Below, one piece after another: positions 27,131-40,885 of a stretch of 64,000 bases of DNA. The notes beneath the pieces were generated by a model. The model worked only from the letters and a program-made list of their open reading frames with translations. It had not been told where the DNA came from and searched no databases. Numbering within the stretch: the first letter of the stretch is position 1; each line of letters starts with the position of its first letter. The position numbers and the translations under genes are program-made. The DNA is taken from NCBI RefSeq assembly GCF_006345805.1, contig NW_021824839.1, forward strand, positions 1-64,000. Direction: 5' to 3'. The stretch is from Octopus sinensis (lineage: Eukaryota).

Positions 27131-27673
27131 AATCAAGATTTGGTACAAGGTTAGCAATTTTAGGCTGAGGGTGTCAGTCGATTATATCAACCCCAATATT
27201 CAACTGGTACTTGTTTTTATCGACACCGAAAGGATGAAAGGTAAAGAAAGTCGACTGGGGCAGAATTTGAACTCAGAACTTAATATTTTATAACATTAAG
27301 TTTTATAACAATAATGTTTTATACCATTTATAACAAAGTTTTATAAGAATAGTACACGTAATCTTGTAGGCTCTTTCCAGATGATTGTGAATGTGGCGAA
27401 GCAATGCTTAAGTGGCGATTAAATTTTCTAAGAGGACGGATGTAACTCTATAAAAAGCTTGTTAGAATTCGAGTTATAAGCATATGCTTTCCATTCGTAC
27501 AAGTGTGTATGAATGGAAGCAGGCTTTAGGTTAAGTTTAAATTTGGAATGTAATGGGAAAATGAATATTGATAAAAATTAGGATGGTGGTGGAATGCAAG
27601 AATTAGCCGCTACAGCAAGAGAGTACTAAAATATTAAATAAACAGCTGCTAATATTCAAGTACAATATTGGGA

Positions 27674-27743
<70 letters not shown>

Positions 27744-27784
27744 CCTATCTATCTATTTATTGCTCTATATATGTAAGTATATGC

Positions 27785-27899
<115 letters not shown>

Positions 27900-27920
27900 C
27901 ATTATTATTATTATTATTAT

Positions 27921-28078
27921 TCTATGTTTGACTTTTGCTTTATATTTGTACAAGTTGGCTCCAAGTCTCACCCAGAGACCTCAAGAGACAACAGGTTGGA
28001 AGTTCGTGATGTTGTTATGCCTAGTGTGGCATATATTTGGTTTTGTATTTAGTGTTGTACTAGTGAATGTCAAAAAAA

Positions 28079-28080
<2 letters not shown>
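27921..28080 (-). mobile_element. Probable non-LTR 3'UTR fragment inserted in (TAA)n
   Basis: About 160 bp of complex sequence with (ATT)n on both sides, as at the Dong-like copies. It has no coding part, so the clade is inferred only. Confidence 0.4.
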
Positions 28081-28117
<37 letters not shown>

Positions 28118-28144
28118 CATCATCATCATCATCATCATCATTAC

Positions 28145-28535
28145 TATGAATGGAAGCACTCCGTCGGTTACGACGACGAGGGTTCCTGTTGATCCGATCA
28201 ACGGAACAGCCTGCTCGTGAAATTAACGTGTAAGTGGCTGAGCACTACACAGACACGTGTGCCCTTAACGTAGTTCGCGGGGATATTCAGCGTGACACAG
28301 AGAGTGACAAGGCCGGCCCTTTGAAATACAGGTACAACAGAAACAGGAAGTAAGAGTGAGAGAAAGTTGTGGTGAAAGAGTACAGCAAGGATCACCACCA
28401 TCCCTGCCGGAGCCTCGTGGAGCTTTAGGTGTTTTCACTCAATAAACACTCACAACGCCCGGTCTGGGAATCGAAACCGCGATCCTACGACCTCGAGTCC
28501 GCTGCCCTAACCACTGGGCCATTGCGCCTCCACTA
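28145..28535 (-). mobile_element. SINE: family C head and body with a third tail type
   Basis: Same head and body, with tail ...ggaaccctcgtcgtcgtaaccgacggagtgc. Confidence 0.85.
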
Positions 28536-29077
28536 TTATGAATAGACAACAGGAAGGATGCGATGGAATGGAGCCAAGTGAGATAAGACAAGTTCAATTA
28601 AAATGAATTTAGAGAAATAAGTATTAAAGCGTGTAAAGAGACGCAACTGGAAAATATAGCTGAGAAAAATTTAAAAGTACAAAGTAATAATGAATAGGAT
28701 TATATAATAAAGATAGTGATACAGGTGCAGCCATGGATACATGGTTAGAACATTCGATTCGCAACCACGTGGTTTCAGGTTCAGTTCCATTGCACGGCAT
28801 CTTGGTCTCCGAGCCGAATAATGTTTTCTGAGTGAATTTGGTAGACGGTGAGTGCTTGAAAGCCTGTGATTTATAATTATGTGAAGGCGCGTGGCCTAGT
28901 GGTTTGGGTGTTGCTCTCGCGTTCGCAAGATCGGGATTTCAATTCCCAGACCGGTGATTCGTTATTTTCTAGAGTAAAGCAATTTATTTCATGATGCTCC
29001 AGTTCACTCAGCTATAAATGAGTAACCCTGTGACTGATTGTCGTCCCCCTTCAGAGCGAATATTAGCCTGCCCGCCC

Positions 29078-29741
29078 GCGAATTTTTTTCCCACGAGAGT
29101 TCCGGATCCCAGTAATGAACTCATTTACATACAGCCAATCAGAGCTCGCCTTGAGAATCCACATACTGTGTACAACTACAGTACAGCCAGTCAGGCATAG
29201 AATGGTGTATGTCACTCTGTGGGTAGAGCAAAGCTGGTCTCACATAAGTACCACATTACCCACCCATCCCAACATACTGATAGATCAATTGAGCATCATC
29301 TCTATATCGAGCTAACATTAGGTACCTATATTCAGACTGAGACTAATGATTCTACATGCACCCATTGATATATGCAAGGAAGGCTCAGTACGACAACGCC
29401 ATATTGATTACGATGTTTCTAGATCAATACCAACATTTGAAATTAGGAATGTACAAAATCAGTAAAAAAATTAGGAAACTACACTCAATTACATTTTCCA
29501 GTAAATTACGCAAATTGGCAACACTTATAGCATTATCGGTGAGCAGCTCTCCATTCACTTTATACTCTAAATTTCACATTTGTCACTCCTATTAACTCGT
29601 TTAGAATCGTTACATTTTGTTATAACGCACATTTTCCACTGAACTCAACCAGTGTATTTTCGTGACTAGGCAGACACTAGTTTGATTTCACAAATGAGTT
29701 CACAACTGATGTCCAGAACTCTCGTGGGAAAAAAAATTCGC
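29078..29741. mobile_element. MITE-like element with ~50-bp imperfect inverted repeats
   Basis: gcgaattt..cccacgagagttc..tgaactcattt (29078-29126) is inverted at 29692-29741. No ORF and no clear TSD. Confidence 0.65.
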
Positions 29742-30259
29742 TGCACGCCCGCCCGCCCACCTAACAAGAAGGTAGGTATCATTCGAAAGTTATAACAATG
29801 CGAGGAAACGCATTGTGATCAGTGGTGTATAACAACATCAGATAGTCTGATCGATACAGTGATACAGTAACACGTGTGTGTGTGGAGGGAAAGAAGTTGG
29901 TAGATAGATATGTACGTAGGTATGTGTGTGCGTTTGTATGTGTGTATGTGTTTATCTTTGTCCTCCCTCTCACAGCCTGACCGGTGGTAGTTTGTTTATC
30001 TCCTCGCAATTCAGCCATTCAGTGAATGGACCTATAAGTAAGAGAGTTAAAATAAGTACTGGGGTCGATTTGTTCAAGGTCCGTCCTCCAGTATGGCCGC
30101 AGTTCAATTACCTAAATGGATAAAGAATAGAAGAATAAAAGAATAAACATACTCTTTTACATTAGAATTGCCTTGCAAACGTGATTAGCAACCAGTTTCA
30201 ATGTCCATTTAGTGGCAGTCTCACCGAATAGCATTTAGCAATTAGTAACAGCTCTACCG

Positions 30260-30559
30260 TGGAGGCACATGACCTAGTGGTTAGAGCAGCGGACTCGCGG
30301 TCGAGGGTTCGAATCTCGGACCGGGCGATGTGTGTGTTTATGAGCGAAAACACCTAATTTCCACGCGGCTCTGGCAGAAGGTAATGGCGAACTTCTGCTA
30401 ACTCTTTCGTCACACCTTTCTCTCACTCTTTCCTCCTGCATCTTGCAACTCACCAGCGACGGACCGGCGTCTCGTCCAGGTGGGAAACGTATACGCCAAG
30501 GAAACCGATAAACCGGCCCTAATGAGCCAGGCATGGCTCGAGAGGGAACAAACAAAGCA
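30260..30559 (+). mobile_element. SINE family C with a 13-bp TSD
   Basis: The TSD AACAGCTCTACCG lies at 30247-30259 and 30560-30572. Confidence 0.92.
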
Positions 30560-30886
30560 AACAGCTCTACCGCTAGCAGTTAGTCGCAATTAATAGTTAT
30601 CGATCTTACTGCATGACCAAAACCAGCCAATAAGAATGAGCCTTACTCATCATTCAACATTCAATGACAACCAGCTTTACTTAGAAGCTCTAGACGCCAA
30701 ACCACTCATAACCAAACATCCGAACACACAGGCGTATTTTCATCACTTTTTGTGAAACTTTAAGTACCCTAATGCGATTCATAGCCAAACTTCTAATGCA
30801 ATGGGAAACAAACTCTGCCCTTTTTCTTTGTACACGTATATATAAAACACACACAAAATATATGCATATGTTTAGATATGTGTGAG

Positions 30887-30955
<69 letters not shown>

Positions 30956-31203
30956 GCACATACACACACGCACAAACACAAAAGCACATATGCACATACA
31001 TAAATCATCCATCTTTCCATATATATATATATATATATATAATATATATATATATATGTTATGTATGTATAAGTGTGTGTGTTTGTATATGTCTTTATTT
31101 ATATACATATACATATATACATTTAAATATGTAGGTATATATGTATATCTGTATGTATATATGTATGTATGTATGTATATATGTATGTATGTATATATGT
31201 ATG

Positions 31204-31237
<34 letters not shown>

Positions 31238-31283
31238 TGTATGTATGTATGTATGTATGTATGTATATATGTATGTATGTATG

Positions 31284-31317
<34 letters not shown>

Positions 31318-31599
31318 TGTATGTATGTATTTACACCCCCCCCCCACTCGACACACTCACATATAAATACGTCGATGTAAAACATAAATGCCATTTGTAT
31401 ATATTAAAAGGATTATTCAACCCATTTTATTGGTTCATTGTATAGAATCGAAATGCTTTGAGGTGGTTCGGATGTTAGTGTGTGACGGTAGTTACGGTGG
31501 CGATGTTGTTCTTAAATTTCGGTGAGGGTGGCGGGTAGAGTTTTAAGCGGTGTTTATCGAAGTGGTGTAACATTTTTGATCGTCGTCGTTTGAAGATAG

Positions 31600-31965
31600 T
31601 GATGGTGGTGGTGGTTGTAGTGGTGGTGGTTTTGGTGGTGTTGCTTTTATGATGATGGTGGTGGTGATGGTGGTGGTGGTGGTGGTGGTGGTGGTGGTGT
31701 ACTTGATGATGGTGGTGGTCTGGGTGTTGGTGATTTTGGTGATGGGGGGTGGTATGAGTAATAGTAGTGGTGGCTTTGATGATTGTGGTGGTGGTGGTGG
31801 TTTTGGTGATGGTGGTGGTGTTCTTGATGATGGTGGTGGTCTGGGTGTTGGTGATTTTGGTAATAGTGGCGGTGGTGGTTTGGTGGTGGTCGTCGTGGCA
31901 TTGATGATTGTGTTGGTGGTATAGGTGATGGTGGTGGTGGTGGTGACTGTGGTGCTCGTTATGAT
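31600..31965. repeat. Degenerate (GGT)n with an internal duplication
   Basis: Direct inspection. A similar tract lies at 43040-43262. Confidence 0.9.
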
Positions 31966-32494
31966 GGTCGAGTTGGCGGAAAAAATATTTTCTCTTTTGA
32001 AATCTTTGAACTTTTTCTGTTAAATTAGCCATACTATGAGAAAAATTCATAAAAATATAAAGAAAGAACAACGTTATTTATGTTATTCTGGGTGTTTAAG
32101 AAGTCCGATGGTTACAGATCTAGGTATCACCGACATAAATTTACAAGTTTACATAAATCCCTGGAGCGATAAAAGAACTTGAAGAAACCTCCTACTGCGA
32201 TTCCATAAAACGGAAATACTTTCAGTTTTATATTTTGAATTACTGAATAAATTATATTGTTGGAGTTGTTACTGTTTTTGTTGTAGTTGTTATTTTTCGG
32301 ATCAATAGCAGCACTGATGGGGTTACTTTATGCTCACAGGTGTTCCAGTTGTGGCCAACTCGTCCTTTCCCGCCACACCCAATAGATGTAGCACTTCATT
32401 ATCAAATGATTCTTTCGTTCTTTTTTCTTTTCTTTTTTTTTTTTTTTTTTGCTTTTCAGCTGATAGCTTATGTGATTTTAGGGGAATTTTGTCT

Positions 32495-33180
32495 TTATTT
32501 CTTATTTCTTTATTGCCCACAAGGGGGTTAAACATAGAGGGGACAAACAAGAACATAGGGATTAAGTCGAGTAGGGTTAGGGATCGACTCCAGTGCGTAA
32601 CTGGTACTTAATTTATCGACTCCGAAAGGATGGAAGGCAGAGTCGACCTCGGCGGAATTTGAACTCATTCTCGACCCCAGTACACAACTGGTACGTCACT
32701 CGAAATATCTATTTCTTTACTACCCACAAGGGACTAAACACAGAGGGGACAAACAAGGACAGACATAGGTATTAAGTCGATTACATGTAACCCAGTGCGC
32801 AACTGGTACTTAATTTATCGACCCCGTAAGGATGAAAGGCAAAGTCGACGTCGGCGGAATTTGAACTCAGAACGTAACGTCACACGAAATACCGCTAAGT
32901 ATTTCGCCCGGCGTGCTAACGTTTCTACCAGCTCGCCGCCTTTTTTGTCTTTATTTCTACCATGTCGAATGACTACAGAGTGAAGGCGCACGATCTAGTG
33001 ATCAGAGTATTGCCCTCATTCTCGACCCCAGTACACAACTGGTACTTAATTTATCGACCCTGAAAGGATGAAAAGCAAAGTCGACCATAGCGGAATTTGA
33101 ATTCAAAACGTAAAAACAGACGAAATACCGCTAAACATTTCGCCCAGCATGTTAACGTTTCTGCCAGCTCGCCGCCTTAA
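32495..33180 (-). mobile_element. SINE family B multimer cluster
   Basis: Several B units with internal rearrangement. Confidence 0.85.
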
Positions 33181-33534
33181 AACTTGTCCGATTTCATTGA
33201 AATAGTTAATTCTGGGGACATTTTTTTATAACTGCAAGTATTTACCTAAGACTATCCCTCATAAAACTAACGAAGGAGATCCTACATGGTCGTTTGATTT
33301 GTTAGAACTAGCAGCTAAACGTCACTCAAATTATACCGCACAATATTTAAAGGACACCTAAGATAATGTAATTCAAGATGCATTGTGTCTAAAAAAAACA
33401 TGAAAATTAATCCTCTTAGGACACCCAGGGAGATTAATCGACCCAAGTGATAGAAACTGAAAGGACTTTGAGGTCGACCCATTTGCCCAATCGAACAAAC
33501 GTGAATGCTTGGTTTTGAAGTGTAATAGCCAATC

Positions 33535-33775
33535 AGAGATGGAGCTGGCAGAATCGTTAGCAAGCCGGGCGAAATGCTTTGCGGTATTTCGTCTGCCGTT
33601 ACGCTATGAGTTCAAATTTCGCCGAGGTCGACTTTGCCTTTCATCCTTTCGGGGTCGATTAAATGAATACCAGTTACGTACTGGAGTCGATATAATCGAC
33701 TTAATCCGTTTATCTGTCCTTGTTTGTCCCTTCTGTGTTTAGCCCCTTGTGGGTAGTAAAGAAATAGGTATTACT
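33535..33775 (+). mobile_element. SINE family B (long tail)
   Basis: Ends AAAGAAATAGGTATT, which is the multimer junction. Confidence 0.9.
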
Positions 33776-34109
33776 AAGATATTTTCAAATTTCGCCAATA
33801 TATAAGAACGTAAGTACTTAGTTACTGTGCAACACGTGGAGATTGTGTTTGAAGTGTTTATTTGGCTTATTCATTCATCTATATAGTATTACACTTTACA
33901 TAATGTTTACACACTGATGTAGAAATATTCTTATGTAAGCCGATCTGCATTCTGTAGCTCGAATTCTCCGTGATGTGGTATGTAACCTTTATGTAAGCTG
34001 TAATTACATACGTTCGAATATTGAACTGGCTTCTACAGTCACCATTTTATGTTTGCATGTATGTTTATATTTATATTCAGTATATATATATGCTTTTACT
34101 TTTACTTTT

Positions 34110-34276
34110 ACTTGTTTCAGTCATTTGACTGCGGCCATGCAGGAGCACCGCCTTTTAATCGAGCAACTCGACCCCGGGACTTATTCTTTTGTAAGCCTAG
34201 TACTTATTCTATCGGTCTCTTTTGCCGGGGACATAAACACACCAGCATCGGTTGTCAGGCAATGCTAGGGGGACAA

Positions 34277-34311
<35 letters not shown>

Positions 34312-34482
34312 CATATATACGACGGGCTTCTTTCAGTTTCCGTCTACCAAATCCACTCACAAGGCTTTGGTCGGCCCGAGGCTATAGTAGAAGACATTTG
34401 CCCAAGATGCCACGCAGTGGGACTGAACCCAGAACCGTGTGGCTGGTAAACAAGCTACTTACCACACAGCCACTCCTGCGCC
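34110..34482 (-). mobile_element. SINE family A
   Basis: Full-length copy. Confidence 0.9.
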
Positions 34483-34878
34483 TATAAGAGAATGTAAGTG
34501 TATAAATGTATTTACGTGTGTATATCTATGTGCGTGTGTGTTTGTATGTGTAAAATATGTTTTGTTGTATGTGTATATTGCGTATGTATGTAATTGTATG
34601 TATTCATAAATACATACACTTAGATTGCATAAGTGTATCTATGTATACAAATGCATACATACACTTATGTAATCTAAGTGTATGTATATATTTATGCTTG
34701 TGTTATATATGTATATATGTATACACTCTTCAACAACAAACACACACACACGCACATCTATACTGATGATATATGTCTATATGTTGTGAATATATACATA
34801 TCTATTATACATTATCTATATATATTTATATATACAATATATGAATGTGTGTATTATAAATATATATACATATATATG

Positions 34879-34912
<34 letters not shown>

Positions 34913-34920
34913 TATTTATA

Positions 34921-35051
34921 TATAGAAGGAGTTCTACAGGACTAGTACTGTTTCATTCAGAGAAATCTTCAGAAATCTTCAGAAACTTCAGAAATCTTCC
35001 TGAAGATTTCTCTTGAATGAACAGTACTAGTCCTGTAGAGCTCCTTCTATA
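34921..35051. repeat. Fold-back inversion, ~52-bp arms
   Basis: 34921-34972 pairs with 35000-35051. The spacer is a stutter of AAATCTTCAG. Confidence 0.93.
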
Positions 35052-35217
35052 AATAAATTAATTTTTACTCTGCTGTATTGAGTACCTTACTTACTGTGGT
35101 TAACCCCGATCAACCCGGGACCTACATATATATATATATATATATATATATGTATAATATATATAAATATACCACACACACATATTCATTATATGTATAT
35201 ATAATATATATAGATAA

Positions 35218-35550
35218 TAGGCGCATGGCCTCAGTGGTTAGAGCGTCGAGCTTACGATCGTGAGGTTGTGAGCTCGAATCCGGACCGGGCTGCGTGTTGT
35301 GTTCTCGGCAGGCACTTTATTTCACGTTGCTCCAGTTCACTCAGCTGTAGAATGAGTTGCGACGTCACTGGTGCCACCTGTGTCGACCTTTGCTTCTCCC
35401 TTGGATAACACCTGTGGCGTGGAGAGGGGAGGCGGTTATGCAGGGGCGACTGCTGCCTTCCATAAAAACAACCTTGCCCAGACTTGTGTCTTGGAGGGTA
35501 ACTTCCTAGGTGCAATCCCATGTCATTCATGACCGAAGGGGTCTTTACAA
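35218..35550 (+). mobile_element. SINE: tRNA head + CORE-like + fourth tail type
   Basis: The tail ..tcattcatgaccgaaggggtcttta recurs at about 7225-7355. Confidence 0.8.
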
Positions 35551-35605
35551 TGTGGGTTGTGTATATTATATTATATATATATATATATAATATATATATA
35601 TATAT

Positions 35606-35646
<41 letters not shown>

Positions 35647-35701
35647 TATATTATCAATATACATATGCACATTACATATTACATACATATATGTGTGTGT
35701 A

Positions 35702-35750
<49 letters not shown>

Positions 35751-36098
35751 CGTTGTTATTCTGTGTGTGCATGTAACCTGAAACGCACTTGTTCAAACAT
35801 AGCACCGACATTCTTTGATAGTATTTAGTAACAAGATCAATTTGAAAAAAGATCCTGGTGCTTGCAGTCAGAGGCAATACTAATAATAACAGATACTCCA
35901 CTAGCATTTTTTTTTTCATTGACTCTTCAACTTTCTACGCTCGCAATTTCTACCACCCACCCTCCTCCCTTCCATTTCGTTTATTTTTATTGGCATTGTT
36001 TACCGTATAGAATAACGCCAAGGTGTCAAAATTTATTTCTTCACACACACAAGTACATAAACACATAAACAGCATACACATATCTATCTATTTATTTA

Positions 36099-36209
<111 letters not shown>

Positions 36210-36324
36210 GTACGAATGTATGTATCTATGTATCTATCTATCTATCTATCTAATATTTATACACATGTGTATATATACATGTGTATATATACATGTATAG
36301 TATATACCTTTTTACTCTTTTACT

Positions 36325-36522
36325 TATTTCCAGTCATTTGACTGCGGCCATGCTGGAGCACCGCCTTTAGTCGAGGAAATCGACCTCCAGGACTTATTCT
36401 TTGTAAGCCTAGTACTTACCTTATCGGTCTCTTTTGCCGAACCACTAAGTTACGGGGACTTAAACACACCAGCATCGGTTGTCAAGCGATGATGGGGAGA
36501 GGGACAAACACAGACAAACACA

Positions 36523-36569
<47 letters not shown>

Positions 36570-36778
36570 ATATATATATATATATACATATACATATGCA
36601 TATACATTATACAACGAGCTTCTTTCAGTTTCTGTCTAGTTTTTTCAGCTTCCGACAAGACTTTGCCCGCCCGAGGCTATAATAGAAGACACTTGCCCAA
36701 GGTACCACGCAGTAGGACTGAACCCGGAACCATGTGGTTGGTAAGCAAGCTACTTACCACACATCCACTCCTGCCTAT
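36325..36778 (-). mobile_element. SINE family A (diverged)
   Basis: Full-length copy with an expanded internal microsatellite. Confidence 0.85.
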
Positions 36779-37469
36779 GGTATATAAATTACATTTGAAA
36801 TGTAAGGTATAACTTTATTTTTATAAACTTTTTAAGTTTAGCCTCGCTATTAAAAGCACATACACATACACACGTACGCCTGTGTATGTACGAATATACG
36901 TGTAAGAAAGCCTATGAGTACGAGAAATGTAAGAATGTAAAGACATACCATTTGCACTTTCGATCTCCGGATAATCGAGTTCGTGTCTCCTGACTGCCCG
37001 TTTTACAGTTTATTGACTGCTCCTCAGAGAAAGGGTACTCGGCTTCCTTTCCCAATCAATAGCTGTCATATATAAAGCAGTCACAAGTTAGGCTATGAAC
37101 ACAGTCGTTAGTTTAATTTACATATTTGTTTTTTGTTGTTTTTTTTATTGCGTATGTCTACGTTATCTAGTTTGCTTTGATTCAATTTTTTTTTTACCTG
37201 GTCGCTCACCTGTGCTAATGGCAAAATTCATTCTGGTACAGTCAACTGCATGGTCGGGTCATCGGCGACTAAACCGGTCCCCTACGTTACCAGATTAGTC
37301 TCGTGAAGGGGTTTGTTAGAAACAACAAGACAAAATCAGTACCTATCAAAAGTATGGATGAACCCAACGTAAGGACAACGGTGACTTAAAAATACTGAGT
37401 TATTTGTTTCCAGTATTGCTGCAGGATAAAGTCATTCTCTTACCTGAAGCGATGTATAGTACTACATTC

Positions 37470-38250
37470 GGATCTTTACCTTTTGACCTACAAATTTAAA
37501 AAATAATTTTTTGTAACTAAACACTTTCAAACTTCGGACACTGGTAGAACGTGTCATATAAAACATGTTTTACTCTTAGCATTTTTGAGAAAAACTTATA
37601 TTTACGAAAATATTTCACCTTACAGTTCTCGTATTTCGGTAATTTCAACCAATCAATGACGTGTATTCAGCTGAATAAAATTACTGCTGTTGTTTGTCGA
37701 CAACAACTTCTGGCGGTGTATATTTCGTTTCTCACTGTTATTTATGATAACCCTAACCCTAAAACCTTAACCCTAACTCTAAAACGTAACCCTAACCCTA
37801 ACCCTAAAACCTTAACTCTAACACTAAAACCCTAACCCTAAAACTCTAACCCTAAAACCCTAACCTAACCCTGAAACCCCAACCCTAAACCTAACCCTAA
37901 CTCTAAAACCCTAACCCTAATCCTAAAACCCTAACCCTAAAACCTAAAACCAGTACAAATGCACGAACGATGTCATAAATAACAGTGACAAACGAAATAT
38001 ACACCGCCAGAAGTTGTTGTTGACAAACAACGGCAGTAATTTTATTCAGCTGAATACACCTCATTGATTGGTTGAAATTACCGAAATACGAGAATTTTAA
38101 GGTGAAATATCTTCGTAAATATAAGTTTTTCTCAAAAATGCAAAGAGTAAAACATGTTTTATATGACACATTCTACAAGTGTCCGAAGTTTGAAAGTGTT
38201 TAGTTACAAAAAATTATTTTTTAAATCTGTAGGTCAAAAGGTAAAGATCC
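37470..38250. mobile_element. MITE with ~278-bp TIRs, 8-bp TSD and a central degenerate (CCCTAA)n tract
   Basis: Termini GGATCTTTACC...GGTAAAGATCC. The TSD CTACATTC lies at 37462-37469 and 38251-38258. The telomere-like tract spans 37749-37950. Confidence 0.93.
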
Positions 38251-38484
38251 CTACATTCAAATGAAAGGAAGTCTTAACATGGCGCATAGATAACAGAATT
38301 CATACAACACCGTATAAAATAACATATAGCATTTAATTATTTCCTTTCACTTTCGGAGTTCAAATCTTGCCTAGGTGCACTATAACTACAGGCTATCCAG
38401 GTTTAATAAAATGATTACAAGCCAATAAAATCAGTAGCACTCGATAAGACGATTAGCAATCAATAGAATTCCTTTACTTGCCTC

Positions 38485-38688
38485 ACTCGCTCGACTGCGG
38501 CCAGGCTGGAGCACCGCCTAAATGGTTTTAGACGAAGCAATCGACCCCTGGACTTATTCTTTGTAAGCCTAGTTTTTATTCTATCGGATCCCCTCCGCCG
38601 AACCGCTAAGTTTCGGGGACGTAATGTCACCAACAACAGTTGTCAAGCAATAGTGGAGGTGCACAGACATAAAGACACACACCACACA

Positions 38689-38738
<50 letters not shown>

Positions 38739-39347
38739 ACACACACACATATATATATATATAGATATATATGACGGGCTTCTTTTAATTTTCGTCTACC
38801 AAATCCACTCACAACGCTTTGGCCGACCGAAGGCTATAGTAGAAGGCACTTGCCCTAAGTGCCACGCAGTGGGACAGAACCCGGTACCAGGTGGTTGGGA
38901 AGCAAGCTTCTTATTTCTTTACTGCCCGCAAGAGGTTACACACAAAGGGGACAAACAAGGACAAACAGACGGATTAAAGTCGATAATGTCGACCCCATTG
39001 CGTAACTGGTACTTATTCAATCAACCCCGAAAGGATGAAAGGCAAAGTCGACCTCGGCGGAATTTGAACTCAGAGCGTAACGGCAGACCAAATACCTATT
39101 TCTTTGCTACCCACAAGGGGCTAAACACAGAGGGGACAAACAAGGACAGACAAAGGGGTTAAGTTGATTATATCGACCCCAGTGCGTAACTGGTACTTAT
39201 TTAATCGACCCCGAAAGGATGACAGGTAAAGTTGACCTCGGAGAATTTGAACTCAGAACGTAGCGGCAGATGCAATACTGCTGAGCATTTCGTCCGGCGT
39301 GCCAGCGATTCTGCCAGCTCGCCGCCTTCTTAACACACAGCCATACC
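38485..39347 (-). mobile_element. SINE family A interrupted by a family-B dimer (about 38910-39330)
   Basis: The A head is split. CTTCTTA is duplicated on both sides of the B insert, and the remainder cacacagccatacct lies at about 39333-39347. Confidence 0.8.
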
Positions 39348-40239
39348 TAATAAAATTGATAAAATGAGTACCAATCGGTAAAATTGATAAATTGATAAAA
39401 TGAATAGCATTCCATAAAACGAGTTGAGGTCGATAAAATGAGAAGCAGTTAATAAAACGGGTAGTTATCAATAAAAGAAGTAACAGTTGATAAAAATAAC
39501 TACTGGGGTAGATGTAAAAGAAATATTCTCAATGAAACGATGCCCCAGTATGGCCACAGCAACTCAGTGACTGGAACTAAAATAATAAAAGTGTAATTAC
39601 ACAGTTCATAGCTGTGTAACCAAATGGTATTTATTCTCCGCTATAAATTCAGTAATTTTAGACAAAGAGACGAACATAAAAACATGGAAAGATAAACGAA
39701 TGCCTAGTTTTTACGAGAATCTGTCACGATGGTGAAATGAGTCATGATGTAGTTGACTCTTAGTATTGACATGCGTAGACAATTTGATCTTTTCTTGCCG
39801 CAAAAACATAACCAGAACAAACATCCCTTGTTAGGATGACTTTCTTCACCTTTTGGCCGGGTGTGGGACAGGGTGAAGATGGCAATAGGGAAGTCACACT
39901 TACTAAGTCATTGACTTTTTTTTTTTAAGACTTCATTTTGTTGATGCTGTATTTTTTTTTTTTTTGGTATTCATTTATTTTTCGCTCTTAGTCAGATGTC
40001 AACCATATTAACTTTGATATCTTGACCCAGAAATAAAACTACTTTAAAATCATATTAAGGTGCATAAATATGCCAGTTGTTGCTGTTGTTGCTATTGTTG
40101 TTTAGCCCCAGACCACCCTGATCAACCACACTTAAAATATAATGAGACATTCCCTCTGGGACCAATCCCTCTTCGTTTTTTCGAGGCACTCTGTATCTAA
40201 GACAGGATTATCTGATTGATTATTTCGGTTAGATCAAGC

Positions 40240-40885
40240 TGTCATTTCTTATTTCTTTACTGGCCACAATGGGCTACACAGAGAGGAGACAAACAAAGAA
40301 AAGACAAACGGATTAAGTCGATTATATCGACCCCAGTGCGTAACTGGTACTTATTTAATCAACCCCGAAAGGACAAAAGGCAAAGTCGACCTCGGCGGAA
40401 TTTGAACTCAGAACGCAGCGGCAGACGAAATACGGCTAAGCATTTCGCCCGGCGTGCTAACGTTTCTTATTTCTTTATTGCCCACAAGGGGCTAAACATA
40501 GAGGGGACAAACAAGGACAGACAAAGGAATTAAGTCGATTACATCGACCCCAGCGCGTAACTGATACTTAATTTATTGACCCTGAAATGATGAAAGGCAA
40601 AGTCGACCTCGGCAGAATTTGAACTCAGAACGTAACGGCAGACGAAATACCTATTTCTTTACTACCCATAAGGGGCTAAACACAGAGAGGACAGATAAGG
40701 ACAGACAAACGGATTAAGTCGATTATATAAACCCCCAGTGCGTAACTGGTCCTTAATTTATCGACGCCGAAAGGATGAAAGGCAAAGTCGACCTCGGCGG
40801 AATTTGAACTCAGAACGTAACAGCAGGCGAAATACCGCAAAGCATTTCGCCCGGCGTGCTAACGTTTCTGCCAGCTCGCCGCTTT
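40240..40885 (-). mobile_element. SINE family B trimer
   Basis: Three tandem units containing both junction types. Confidence 0.92.

Noticed and set aside
36960-37340. LTR-like or promoter-like segment with TATATAAAG
   Set aside because: No TG..CA termini, TSD, PBS or second copy is visible.
37749-37950. True telomere or chromosome fusion site
   Set aside because: The tract is degenerate, single-orientation and enclosed by TIRs with a TSD.
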